Source: a virus
Direction: 5' to 3' (one strand)
Virus record (IMG/VR): IMGVR_UViG_3300024346_006511
Coordinates: 1 to 64,000 of that record
Length of the DNA stretch: 64,000 bases
Shown: positions 38,705 to 48,088 of the stretch, piece by piece
Numbering within the stretch: position 1 is the stretch's first letter
Layout: each line of letters opens with the position of its first letter
Position numbers and translations under genes: made by a program
The notes under the pieces: generated by a model
Told to the model about the DNA's origin: nothing
Seen by the model: the letters and a program-made list of their open reading frames with translations, nothing else
The model's database searches: none

Positions 38705-39811
38705 CTACATATATCTAATAATATTATCATCTTTACTCATTTTTTTTTCAGTACCATCACTGTAGAGAACTCTATGGATGGATGGTCCTTTTTGAAGTAT
38801 TTTAACCGGATAAGGTTCTTCATCGTAATGTTCTCCTTCATTGCCGTTCTGACCAATAATGTTCATTCTCCTTTCTTCATCTTCGTCGTAGTCGTCTAAA
38901 GGATCTTTATCCTCTTCTGTTGGCGGATAGTCCTCTTCTTCTAATTCATCCCAAGGATCATCTTCAAATAACTCATCTTCAAATTCATTATATAAGTTCT
39001 TTCTATTAGCTTGATCGAATGCAAAATTAGCTGCTACTACGAGTGAAATTGCTAATGGATCGAATACAAAGATGATTATAAGTAATAAAATGTTAATTAT
39101 CTTATCCATAGGAGTACCGGTAAGTCCGGAAAGGTACTGTAAGGGACCTAATTCTCCTGCTGTATCAGCATTGTTTTCTAATTGAAGTATTTCTAATTGA
39201 AACTTCTGTAGGCTATCAGCAGCCACCACTCTCTGTGTATTAACAGCTTTCCGATTATCTTCTTCGACTTTAATCCTAGTCTGTGCCAAGCGTAGTTCAG
39301 CAGTGGAAACTGTGGATCTAACACCGCCCACAGCCGATGTGTCCCGTACTTGGATTGAGGTTGCCTTAGCACCACTGAGAGTACTAATGTTGTTAGAAAT
39401 TCTTTGAAGTTCTTCATCATATCTTAAAACATCGTCTTTATAAAATTTAGCTTTACTTTCTAAGAAAGATATCTCATTTTCCTGTACTTTAAGTTTTTGA
39501 TAAGTTTCTTGGTATGCTGCACTTAAGAATCCATAAATACCCATACTAGTGATAATAACTAGAATTGTGGCAGCAATCGTTAGATAGGTTCTAAGGTACT
39601 TATTAATAGTAGACCAGTATTGATATAGAAGTGAAGCTATAACTAGCTTAGAGACTTCTAAAGAACCAGCCATAATAATCACTTCAAAGCTTGCCCCAGC
39701 AAATAACTTGCTTAACCCACTCACCGAATAAAATGCGGCAGATGCAGATACGGACAATGCTGAAAGAGCAATTATCGATGGAAAGAAATTACGTTTGATT
39801 CTGTTTATCAT
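38705..39811 (-). CDS. Membrane protein with coiled coil and acidic tail
   Basis: 3 N-terminal TMs, coiled coil, FVFDPLA TM. Confidence 0.75.
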   Translation of the reverse strand: MINRIKRNFFPSIIALSALSVSASAAFYSVSGLSKLFAGASFEVIIMAGSLEVSKLVIASLLYQYWSTINKYLRTYLTIAATILVIITSMGIYGFLSAAYQETYQKLKVQENEISFLESKAKFYKDDVLRYDEELQRISNNISTLSGAKATSIQVRDTSAVGGVRSTVSTAELRLAQTRIKVEEDNRKAVNTQRVVAADSLQKFQLEILQLENNADTAGELGPLQYLSGLTGTPMDKIINILLLIIIFVFDPLAISLVVAANFAFDQANRKNLYNEFEDELFEDDPWDELEEEDYPPTEEDKDPLDDYDEDEERRMNIIGQNGNEGEHYDEEPYPVKILQKGPSIHRVLYSDGTEKKMSKDDNIIRYM

Positions 39812-40236
39812 TGTACTAGCAATAAAAGAGTTGCTACTGCTCCCACAGTAGTTCCTATCTTATAAATAGTTGATTGTCTCTTTTGTCGTTTAAGAGCCAC
39901 TTCAAAATCTTTAGTTAATGAAGATTGAGTTTCGTATTTTTTATTTAATTCCCTAATTACAGACTCTAAATTAGTGTTTTGTAGTTTAATATTAGTAACT
40001 AATTGGTTCTGAATTAGAAGTTTACTATTAGTTTCTGATAGAATAGATTGCATGGTCTGCATTTCAGTAGATAGACCATCGAATTGTATTAAGTCTTTTA
40101 TAACTAACTTAGCTATAGGCTTAGTTAATTGAATCTTTGTACTGTCTATAGCGTTCTGTGAAAAAGTGTTGAAGCTCATCATCGACAAGATTGTCAACAG
40201 CATCAAGTTTTTGTTTAGTCTCTCTTTTAATAACAT
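39808..40236 (-). CDS. Spanin-like coiled-coil protein (start probably ~40203)
   Basis: Signal-like N-terminus, coiled coil, C-terminal hydrophobic helix; overlaps upstream gene. Confidence 0.45.
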   Translation of the reverse strand: MLLKERLNKNLMLLTILSMMSFNTFSQNAIDSTKIQLTKPIAKLVIKDLIQFDGLSTEMQTMQSILSETNSKLLIQNQLVTNIKLQNTNLESVIRELNKKYETQSSLTKDFEVALKRQKRQSTIYKIGTTVGAVATLLLLVQ

Positions 40237-40492
40237 AAATTCTTGAATTTAATTTTTTAATTTTACTATCGTATTCACCTATCTTAAGATTAAGAGAGTC
40301 AGCTTCTAATTTTAATCCTGAGTTCTCTACTCTGATAGAGTCTATTTTTCTCTCTAAGAGCTCAATTTTAAGCTCATAGGATTTAACGTCTACTTCTATT
40401 TTAGGTTGTCCCCATACCATCCATGCTACAAATCCTCCTAGGATAGCAAACAATAGGTAACCTTGTAAACCTTGTGGTCGTTGTACATTCAT
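40121..40492 (-). CDS. i-spanin-like protein
   Basis: N-terminal TM plus coiled coil, next to endolysin. Confidence 0.5.
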   Translation of the reverse strand: MNVQRPQGLQGYLLFAILGGFVAWMVWGQPKIEVDVKSYELKIELLERKIDSIRVENSGLKLEADSLNLKIGEYDSKIKKLNSRIYVIKRETKQKLDAVDNLVDDELQHFFTERYRQYKDSIN

Positions 40493-40530
40493 AACTACAA
40501 TATATGAAATTTAATTTAAACTAGCAACTA

Positions 40531-41139
40531 TTAGACGATATCTTTCGATTCTAATAAGGTATAAGTAAATGAGTTTCCCCATATGTTCTTAGCTTCATGA
40601 CAGATTTCCATAAATTCTTTGAAATCAGAATTAGCTGCGATTACTTGACACCCTGCAGACCATTTGTCTACTCTAATAGATTTACCGCCTTCTTTGGCAG
40701 TAGCTCTATGAATGTTAATTCCGTAGATACCTTCCTTAACATTCTCTTCAATTAGGTCGTACTCATTATCTTTGTCACCATCTCTATATACTTTCAATGG
40801 TTTCTTCTGACCTAATGCTTCATACTTACCTGCGTGTAATCTAATCTTATGTGAACCTCTATACTGTCCAGGTTTAAGAATAGCTACTCCATCAGGGTTA
40901 AGTAAGTTTTCTGCCCAATGTGTTCCTGGGTCAGTAGTTGCTTCGTAGCATTTAAATTGCCAGTTGCCGTCAAAATCAACAAACGATAAAGTTACATGAT
41001 CGTCAAATCTATTTGTAATTCTATTATTAGTTGAAGAGTTTCTTACTCCTACGATATTTACATCGTACCCTTTTGCAGATTCAAACCAAACGTATCCTTT
41101 TGATCTAACTGCGTGTTTTATTTGTTCTAATGTATACAT
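40531..41139 (-). CDS. Putative endolysin, YkuD/L,D-transpeptidase-like fold
   Basis: GINIH-x14-WSAGCQV; follows holin-like gene. Confidence 0.7.
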   Translation of the reverse strand: MYTLEQIKHAVRSKGYVWFESAKGYDVNIVGVRNSSTNNRITNRFDDHVTLSFVDFDGNWQFKCYEATTDPGTHWAENLLNPDGVAILKPGQYRGSHKIRLHAGKYEALGQKKPLKVYRDGDKDNEYDLIEENVKEGIYGINIHRATAKEGGKSIRVDKWSAGCQVIAANSDFKEFMEICHEAKNIWGNSFTYTLLESKDIV

Positions 41140-41141
41140 AC

Positions 41142-41465
41142 TTATTTGTTTCTTTGCCCGAATGCTTTACCAGCTTCAGCAATACCGAAAGCACCTAATA
41201 CTACCCATACAAAGGAGTTATAGATAAATTCGTTTATTACTAGGTCTTTGCCTAGGTAACCAGTTAATAAATCAGCACATGCGAATAATACCATTATTAC
41301 GAATGCTGCGAAACCAACTACTGATTTCTCGTTGATGTCATTTTCATCTTTGAATATGTCTTTAAAAGCCATCCATTTACGTTTTAAATTTTTAAACATA
41401 AAATAACAATTTAAGTGAAACGTTCTTTGATATAAATAGTAGTTAGAATTGGAATCGTGATCCAA
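41142..41465 (-). CDS. Holin-like 2-TM protein (start probably 41399 or later)
   Basis: Two TMs; TATTTAT at 41432-41438; upstream of endolysin. Confidence 0.6.
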   Translation of the reverse strand: MDHDSNSNYYLYQRTFHLNCYFMFKNLKRKWMAFKDIFKDENDINEKSVVGFAAFVIMVLFACADLLTGYLGKDLVINEFIYNSFVWVVLGAFGIAEAGKAFGQRNK

Positions 41466-42966
41466 CAGTTATAGCATAAGATAGCGGAATACCTGGTCTA
41501 GTGTTACCAATTACTGTTCCTCCTATGTTTGCATTAAATCTCTGAGATAGTTTGAAGTCAAAATTACTACCTATAATATATGTACCGTATTCGGTCCAAG
41601 TTACTGATTTAGCTTTAACAGAATAAGTCATTGGAGAATGAGAATAAGCTAACATAGGTGAGATTACTACTCTATTCTTTACATTGAATGGCTTAGTAGC
41701 AAATCCAGTAAGAGACATAGTAGCTATTTTTTCTCCTCCATCTAAAAATACTCCCATGCTAGTAAGAGCAAATCCTCCTACGAATCCTTTCCAACGGTTT
41801 TCTTTTTGTCCTAAATAGACATTACTTATACCTGCTGTAACGACATGAGTAGAGTACATTTTCATATATCCAGCTGAAATCGATTGGACCATCATTATAG
41901 ATCCTTTATCCATGTAGCTTCCTAGTTTGTCTTGACCTCCTGTAAAAGGATTATTTATCATAACATCTACTTCTTTATCATAATTGAAGTATACGGTGCT
42001 CTGTGATAAGTTTAAACTAAATTGTTTAAGGTTAGACCATACCATTGCGTTAGCTGAGTATGTTTCTACTCCAGTTAAAGAAGATTGTGAGTATCCAAAT
42101 GAAGCTGCTTGTTGTAGCACACCATCCATCATTTGCATAGTAACTAAATTAGCAGTAACGATTGGCGGAGCTAGAGTCTGTTCTTCTTCCTTCTCTTCTT
42201 CTTCCTCTTTTTCTTTTTTCTTTTCTTCTTCTACTTCTTCTTCTTCTTTATCTTTCTCTTCAGATTTTTCATCAGACTTTTCATCCTTGCTTTCTTCATT
42301 TTTTGAATCGTCTTTATTTTCTTCGCTTTCACCACCCGTATCACTTCCTTCTTCTCCTGACGAATCACCATCGCTGCTATCTCCATTCCCAGAAGAGCTA
42401 TCCGAATCTGATGAACCACTGTCATCACCCGAGCTACTAGACCCACCTGAATCGTCACTCCCTCCTGAGCCGCTATTGCCTGAAGAGTCTCCTCCTCCAG
42501 AGTTATTTCCGCTGGAATTGCTTCCACTACTTCCTGAATTGCTTGATCCAGAAGAACTTCCTGTTCCTCCAGTTGATCCTGTATTTCCTGTGCTTCCATT
42601 TCCTGTGTTAGTATTATTAGTTGCTCCAGATGTGGCATTGTTAGCTGCATTTGTAGCATTACTGGTTGCCTGATTTGTTGTTTGTTGAGTTGTTTGAGAA
42701 TTAGCATTTCCAGAGGAACATGGTGACAATGCTTGATACCATGAATATGTTTCTTCTAGCCATGCTTGTAAAGTACCGTTAGTAAATTCAGTAGAAGTAA
42801 ATACTCTAGATTTATTATAATAAGCTACTACTGTTTGTCCTCCTATTTGAACAGAAAACACTTTTACCTCTCCGGTACATCTATCAGTATAGGTTTGAAC
42901 GAGGGCCTGACTATGACCCTCGAACATTCCCATCGCAGCAATTACTATGAATAGTAACCTTCTCAT
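41443..42966 (-). CDS. Secreted protein with S/G/N/E-rich linker and C-terminal outer-membrane beta-barrel-like domain
   Basis: Signal peptide, low-complexity stalk, amphipathic strands ending YAITVGSRFQF (terminal Phe). Confidence 0.65.
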   Translation of the reverse strand: MRRLLFIVIAAMGMFEGHSQALVQTYTDRCTGEVKVFSVQIGGQTVVAYYNKSRVFTSTEFTNGTLQAWLEETYSWYQALSPCSSGNANSQTTQQTTNQATSNATNAANNATSGATNNTNTGNGSTGNTGSTGGTGSSSGSSNSGSSGSNSSGNNSGGGDSSGNSGSGGSDDSGGSSSSGDDSGSSDSDSSSGNGDSSDGDSSGEEGSDTGGESEENKDDSKNEESKDEKSDEKSEEKDKEEEEVEEEKKKEKEEEEEKEEEQTLAPPIVTANLVTMQMMDGVLQQAASFGYSQSSLTGVETYSANAMVWSNLKQFSLNLSQSTVYFNYDKEVDVMINNPFTGGQDKLGSYMDKGSIMMVQSISAGYMKMYSTHVVTAGISNVYLGQKENRWKGFVGGFALTSMGVFLDGGEKIATMSLTGFATKPFNVKNRVVISPMLAYSHSPMTYSVKAKSVTWTEYGTYIIGSNFDFKLSQRFNANIGGTVIGNTRPGIPLSYAITVGSRFQF

Positions 42967-42971
42967 AACCC

Positions 42972-43688
42972 TTAGTGATCAAATATTTTCTTGCGTATCA
43001 TACGCTTCACTATTTTAGCAACTGCGGTCTCTAATGCTTTTCGAGTACTAATTCCAATTGATGAGGAATTAAACTGAACTTCATCTAAGTTTTGATCATT
43101 AAGGAGAGTTACCTCTCTAGTAGTTGTTGCGATTCCTAATCCGGAGCCTGTCATATATAGTCCGGTTTGTGCATCGACCATTTTGACTTGAAGTCCAAGT
43201 CTGGTCACAAGAGTATTTTTTACTCCATCTTTGAGATTAATAGTTTCATCTTCAGATATAGAAAAATCATATACCTCTACATAAGCAAAATATGCTGCAA
43301 GAGTTATCTTTCCTCTAATCTCAATCTCATTAGCAGTAAACCCTTTCTGGGAAGCTTTGAATTGTACTATCATTCTTTCTTTGATAGCATCTTTAGTTTC
43401 AACAAATTCAAATCTGAATGTTTCATCTAAGAAAGCAACAGTTATATTTGTTAAACCTAGTCCAACTCTATAGTCTCCTAGTTCAGGATACTGTATTAAT
43501 ATGTCATCTGTAATACCTACGTTGAGTAGAGCTACTGGTACTGGATCACCAAAGTATTCTGGTATCGAAAATAACGAGGCTTGTCTTTCGAATTCCGCCT
43601 GATAATCCTCAGTAGTTGTCTTTCCTACGACTTGTCCATTTATAAATCCTGTACTTAGTAATAGTACAAGAAATATCTTTTTAACCAA
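42972..43688 (-). CDS. CsgG/HfaB-like protein
   Basis: Signal peptide; GLGL.NI....L..T.RF.FVE; GLQVKMVDAQTG...GSG.G; ALE.A. Confidence 0.7.
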   Translation of the reverse strand: MVKKIFLVLLLSTGFINGQVVGKTTTEDYQAEFERQASLFSIPEYFGDPVPVALLNVGITDDILIQYPELGDYRVGLGLTNITVAFLDETFRFEFVETKDAIKERMIVQFKASQKGFTANEIEIRGKITLAAYFAYVEVYDFSISEDETINLKDGVKNTLVTRLGLQVKMVDAQTGLYMTGSGLGIATTTREVTLLNDQNLDEVQFNSSSIGISTRKALETAVAKIVKRMIRKKIFDH

Positions 43689-43905
43689 GTGTATCGAAGA
43701 CCCCGAACGTAGCGTTTTCGAATGAACTAGGATTGGTTATTAAGTTAAATACCAAAAAAGTCCATCCTACAACGAATAGTAGAAATAAGCTACTTACCCA
43801 TAGTAGCAAAAAAGTTTGCCAAATTTTCCATAATAAAGTTGGCTGCTCAAAGATTTCTTCATATATTGTAATGAAGGGATGTGCGAAAAAGTTAATTACA
43901 TTCAT
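43681..43905 (-). CDS. Small membrane protein
   Basis: Long TM segment. Confidence 0.6.
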   Translation of the reverse strand: MNVINFFAHPFITIYEEIFEQPTLLWKIWQTFLLLWVSSLFLLFVVGWTFLVFNLITNPSSFENATFGVFDTLG

Positions 43906-43924
43906 AGTTTTTAATTTTTAAAGG

Positions 43925-44185
43925 TTACCACTCGTACTTTTCTTGTTTTACGGGAGCCTGAGGTTTTGCGACAATCTCAGGTTCCTTTTTTTGTATAACT
44001 ACGATAGTATCTTTGCTGCTTAATTTTATTGGTTCAGATACTACCTCTTGTTTTACATCGTCGTCTCCTCCGATGAATTTTTCCATATTAGCAATAAAAA
44101 GTCCACCTGCAGTAGTAATAGCTAAGGTTACGACCCCTATTATTGCTTTTTTTATTTCTCCAAATGTGCTGCTTTTATCTGCCAT
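43925..44185 (-). CDS. Single-TM protein
   Basis: N-terminal TM. Confidence 0.65.
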   Translation of the reverse strand: MADKSSTFGEIKKAIIGVVTLAITTAGGLFIANMEKFIGGDDDVKQEVVSEPIKLSSKDTIVVIQKKEPEIVAKPQAPVKQEKYEW

Positions 44186-44187
44186 AG

Positions 44188-44562
44188 TTAGTTTATCATT
44201 GAAAAGGATTCTATTCCTAATACATTATTATATTCATCTGTAATATGAACTTGATATGAACTTGTTTCAAGTGCTGTAGTATAGATGTTAAGTAAGTTAT
44301 CACCAGCTTCAGCAGTAATCTTATCTTGAGATACTACTCTTCCTGCTATATTGATAATCTTTATTTTATAGGTTCCGTCTACATCAAACTTAGCATTGAT
44401 TGCAACTTTGTTAGTTACAATAGCGCTTTCTAGTTTTAGTCCAATTGGATCTAATATTTGTAATGCTTCCGGAATTTCAGCAAATGGTGCTTCAAATTCT
44501 AATTCGTCTTTAGCACATCCTAATAGGACAAGTAATGCTAGTAATGTTGTTATTTTTTTCAT
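44188..44562 (-). CDS. Lipoprotein with T9SS C-terminal-domain-like Ig fold
   Basis: Lipobox LLGC; IKIINIAGRVV...GDN.L....L....Y.V.I. Confidence 0.6.
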   Translation of the reverse strand: MKKITTLLALLVLLGCAKDELEFEAPFAEIPEALQILDPIGLKLESAIVTNKVAINAKFDVDGTYKIKIINIAGRVVSQDKITAEAGDNLLNIYTTALETSSYQVHITDEYNNVLGIESFSMIN

Positions 44563-44567
44563 ATTAT

Positions 44568-46253
44568 TTAGTATTGGAATTTAACTTTAGTTCCGTCTGC
44601 TTTAACTCCTTCTATGATTTTAAAGCTTATCAGTCCTGCTGTGTTTGTTATATTTTCGTTTGGTGTAAAGACTAACCTATAAGGTCTTCCTGTATTTACA
44701 GATATACCACCTGCATAATCTAATGAACCAAATGATACTACGTTACCTTTTACTGTACCGAAATTAGTCATATTAGATCCTGTATCAAATACTATATCAT
44801 CTAATGTTAGAATATTATTGTCGAATACAATTTTAAACTGAGATCCTACTAATCCAGCAGTATCTAAATTTACATCTACAATTACTTTACCGTCTACTAA
44901 AGATGAAGATAAATCGATAGTTTCTGTTTCTACTGATCTATTAGCAATAATAGAATAAGCTTGTGCATTTCTAGCTGAAGATGATTGAGCGTCAGATGAG
45001 TTAAAAGTAGGAACTGTTGAGTGAGAGAAATCTAAATCTCCTCGTAATCCATGTCCTATAGTAAATGTCTTATTATTATCTGTAGCAGTAAAAGTACGAG
45101 CACTCATAAATTCAGATATATCTCCGTACTTATCCATCAGTGATGAAAAGTTAAATGCTCCATTAGCTTTAGAACTAACATTAGCACTAGTTTCTACTCC
45201 ATTTACATGAGCAAGTAATTCATAAGAATCATCAAAGTTTACTACATTATCGTTAGTTACTTCTCCTAATATACCTTGTACTTCATGCTCCCAGTTAGCA
45301 GCTCCTCCTCCAGGTCCGTCAGTAGAACCTAATGAGAATTGAAATGCTTTATAAACATCTGTTACTGTCACTACATCATCTAACCAATCTGGTGTTCCGT
45401 TTACATAAGTATGTACCCATACTTCCTCGTCTAATGTTAATGTAGCAAGAGAAGTAGTTCCATTGGCATTGAAGTTACCTACAGCAAAAGGCTGCTCTCC
45501 TTCTTTAGGCTCTAATCCATCGTTAGTTCCATCACCATCATAATCTGCTTCCTCTACTTGACTTGCAAGATATATATTGTATGTGTAATCTGCCTTATAC
45601 TCTGTAGGTATATTTAGATTTAAAGTAATATCTCCTGCTCCAACTCCTCCAGGATCTAATCCTATTTGAGCGTTACTAGATTGTACTTCGTATGTTGTAT
45701 CTGTTCTATTATCTTTAAATTGAGTCCAGTTAATCTGAAAAGCTCCGCTATAATTCTGATAGTTAGTTCCTTGTCTATCTAGTATTTTAAACTTCATATG
45801 TAATACAGCATCATATAAATTGATATCTTCTGATGCTTGAATAGTATATCTATCAACTGAGAAGTCAGTATTTGAAGGGTACGAAGATGAACCAGCAGCT
45901 TCTGCTCCTCCGTTCCACCAAAGGAACTGCTCATATAGTTTAGATTGACTGTAGTCCATATCCTGGTTAAATTTATATCCATCCCAGTGAATTCTTGCTG
46001 ATTGTTCGTTTGTTAGCTTATTTAAAGGGTCTAATGTATGGCTAACATATTCAATTAGCTTATTGTTCCATTGAACATCAAACTGTAAAAATGTACCAGT
46101 TACTGATTGATCAGCAGCAGGAAATATTTCAAATTTAAGTTCAATTTCTTCACCGACATTTGCGTCAGCTCCGGAGTTCATACCAACTTTAAAGTCCTGT
46201 GCAAAGGAAATCATTGGTATTGTTAATAATAAAAATAATAGTTTTTTCATCAT
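44568..46253 (-). CDS. Secreted cohesin/dockerin-like domain protein
   Basis: Signal peptide; QFDVQWNNKLIEY and QFKIVFDNNILTL cohesin-like strands; GEVTNDNVVNFDDSYELL dockerin-like loop. Confidence 0.6.
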   Translation of the reverse strand: MMKKLLFLLLTIPMISFAQDFKVGMNSGADANVGEEIELKFEIFPAADQSVTGTFLQFDVQWNNKLIEYVSHTLDPLNKLTNEQSARIHWDGYKFNQDMDYSQSKLYEQFLWWNGGAEAAGSSSYPSNTDFSVDRYTIQASEDINLYDAVLHMKFKILDRQGTNYQNYSGAFQINWTQFKDNRTDTTYEVQSSNAQIGLDPGGVGAGDITLNLNIPTEYKADYTYNIYLASQVEEADYDGDGTNDGLEPKEGEQPFAVGNFNANGTTSLATLTLDEEVWVHTYVNGTPDWLDDVVTVTDVYKAFQFSLGSTDGPGGGAANWEHEVQGILGEVTNDNVVNFDDSYELLAHVNGVETSANVSSKANGAFNFSSLMDKYGDISEFMSARTFTATDNNKTFTIGHGLRGDLDFSHSTVPTFNSSDAQSSSARNAQAYSIIANRSVETETIDLSSSLVDGKVIVDVNLDTAGLVGSQFKIVFDNNILTLDDIVFDTGSNMTNFGTVKGNVVSFGSLDYAGGISVNTGRPYRLVFTPNENITNTAGLISFKIIEGVKADGTKVKFQY

Positions 46254-46720
46254 AATTTTAGTTTACGTATTAAATCTTCACAGAGTTTTTTTATTGCTGT
46301 CGAGACGTTAGCCTGTGAAAACTTACCTCCCTTATCAATTATTAATGTAGCTGTAGAAATAGATTTCGCTGTTCCTTTAGCCACTGCTTTTTTCTTCTTT
46401 TTACCGTCTATATAATATACGCCTCTGGCGATTATCTGATAGACATCGATATTTTTTCCGTAGGCTCCTAATTGTAAGCTGCTCTGCTGAACATCAAAGT
46501 ATAGTAGCTCTACTTCCAGTAAATTATTTGAGTTTGGGTTTAGGTCATACCCGTAGTCTTGGATGACTTCTTCTAGTACATTCTTGACACCAAATGCCAA
46601 GTCTCTGTTACCAGATAGGTTACCTAATTGGATATTATTACGTACATCACCTATTTTTATCTCTTGTCCAAAGATGGAGAAACTGAATAGGAGACCTAAT
46701 AAAAATAATAGTAGTCTCAT
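46250..46720 (-). CDS. Secreted protein, possible CsgG/TolB-N-like fold
   Basis: Start moved to MRLLLF (signal peptide); LAFGVKNVLEEVIQD. Confidence 0.55.
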   Translation of the reverse strand: MRLLLFLLGLLFSFSIFGQEIKIGDVRNNIQLGNLSGNRDLAFGVKNVLEEVIQDYGYDLNPNSNNLLEVELLYFDVQQSSLQLGAYGKNIDVYQIIARGVYYIDGKKKKKAVAKGTAKSISTATLIIDKGGKFSQANVSTAIKKLCEDLIRKLKL

Positions 46721-46906
46721 ATAATTACTGCTTTGCGACTGCAACAATTATAAAACGATTAACGCTAGAAAATTTGTGTAGAACGGTTACTATAACGATG
46801 AAATGGATACGTCGACTTATTAGTCACCTTAATCGAGTATTCTGCACTTCTAATAATAAATATACAACTTTGACTAAAAGCTATATAAAAGTGGTGAGAA
46901 AAGAAC

Positions 46907-46935
46907 AAAAAAAAAGGACCCTTATTTGGGCCCTT
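46907..46935 (-). terminator. Intrinsic terminator
   Basis: AAGGGCCC-aaataa-GGGTCCTT followed by a T tract. Confidence 0.75.
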
Positions 46936-46973
46936 CTGTATCATAGATCTCTTCTTGTAATCCTGAGTATTGT

Positions 46974-47195
46974 CTACTCCAAACGTTTTTCTTCTTTAGG
47001 TTTAAAGGCTTCGTTGACGTGTCCACACTTTGTGCAGGCGAAGACGGGTATCGGGATATATGAGGCTTCTCGCTGTCCAGTGAGTAATCCGGGGACTTTT
47101 CTGATAACGAGGTTCTGGACGAAGTGAGGGTTCCCACACTCATCACAAGTGACTGGAGTAGTTTGATTAAAGTCGACATTCGGTTGATGCTGCAT
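46974..47195 (-). CDS. Zinc-ribbon protein
   Basis: CDEC...CTKC. Confidence 0.7.
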   Translation of the reverse strand: MQHQPNVDFNQTTPVTCDECGNPHFVQNLVIRKVPGLLTGQREASYIPIPVFACTKCGHVNEAFKPKEEKRLE

Positions 47196-47198
47196 AGC

Positions 47199-47480
47199 TT
47201 ATTTTTTAGCTTTAGGCTTTCTACCTCTACGAGGCTTACCTTTGATAGCTCCTTTAACATCCTTAACTTGTTCCACTACATCTGCAGCCGCTTCTTTAAC
47301 GTCTTTAAGCTCTTCCTTAACTCTCTTAGCTCTACGTTTTACGACTTTTACAGTATCCTCTACTTTGTCAGGAATACCGTCTTTGTCTTCATCTTTGGTG
47401 AGTCCGAAATATTTCGTTCCTACCCATACTACTGCTCCAGCAACTGCTAAAACTAGTACGATAATTAAAATTGTTTTCAT
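47199..47480 (-). CDS. Membrane-anchored protein with DxDxDG motif and basic tail
   Basis: N-terminal TM, DEDKDGIPD; TATTTAT upstream. Confidence 0.7.
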   Translation of the reverse strand: MKTILIIVLVLAVAGAVVWVGTKYFGLTKDEDKDGIPDKVEDTVKVVKRRAKRVKEELKDVKEAAADVVEQVKDVKGAIKGKPRRGRKPKAKK

Positions 47481-47521
47481 TTGTTTTTAGATTTGATTAA
47501 CACTCTGTTTATATAAATATA

Positions 47522-48037
47522 CTAGGATTTCTTCTTCGGGTACTTAAGAGGTTTCCAATACGTACCGTACTTTGCTTCCATCTTATCATAGAAACTAAGA
47601 AGGTTAACAGCCCTAGTGTTTACTACTTCTTTTTCGTATTGCTCTTTAGTCATTTTTAGCTTGAGTATGAAAGCTTTTTTGAGTTCTGTTAAACGTCTAG
47701 CCTCTTCTTTCTCATAGTCTTCTAATAGTCTTTTACGTCTAGCTTTATCTACTTGAGTCTTTTCTCTGTAAGTATCTTCATATCCTCTACACTCTACAAA
47801 TACTTCGTTCATTCTATGCTCTACTAACTGTGCTTCAAATGCATAAGGAGCAACATCGAAGTCCCCATTGAGAATACGTTCTCTTAGGTCATGACGATTA
47901 GTTAAAGGTTTCTGTTTAGGTGTATAGCTTCTCCACCACATGAATCTATCATAAGGTTTCTTGTAGTAGTCTTTCTTAAAGAAGTTAATTAACCACTTTT
48001 GCTCGAGGCTTGGATTGTAGGGTAATGATGTAACCAT
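47522..48037 (-). CDS. Hypothetical protein
   Basis: Class 1 promoter directly upstream. Confidence 0.75.
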   Translation of the reverse strand: MVTSLPYNPSLEQKWLINFFKKDYYKKPYDRFMWWRSYTPKQKPLTNRHDLRERILNGDFDVAPYAFEAQLVEHRMNEVFVECRGYEDTYREKTQVDKARRKRLLEDYEKEEARRLTELKKAFILKLKMTKEQYEKEVVNTRAVNLLSFYDKMEAKYGTYWKPLKYPKKKS

Positions 48038-48088
48038 ATCTTAATATAAGAAAATAATCTTATATACGCAACTAATTAGTAATATATT

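Noticed and set aside
41984-42707. Long alternative-frame ORFs (41984-42673 +, 42162-42440 +, 42231-42707 -) and the repetitive DNA there
   Set aside because: Shadows of the low-complexity S/G/N/E linker of the 41443-42966 gene; no regular repeat-spacer structure, so not a CRISPR array
46721-46745. GTCGCAAAGC resembling part of a c-di-GMP-I riboswitch
   Set aside because: No GGCAAAC/GNRA P1 arm and no room for P2 before the ATG
46774-47490. Plus-strand ORFs 46774-47127, 47124-47450, 47242-47490 and minus ORF 46922-47260
   Set aside because: Antisense or off-frame to better-supported genes
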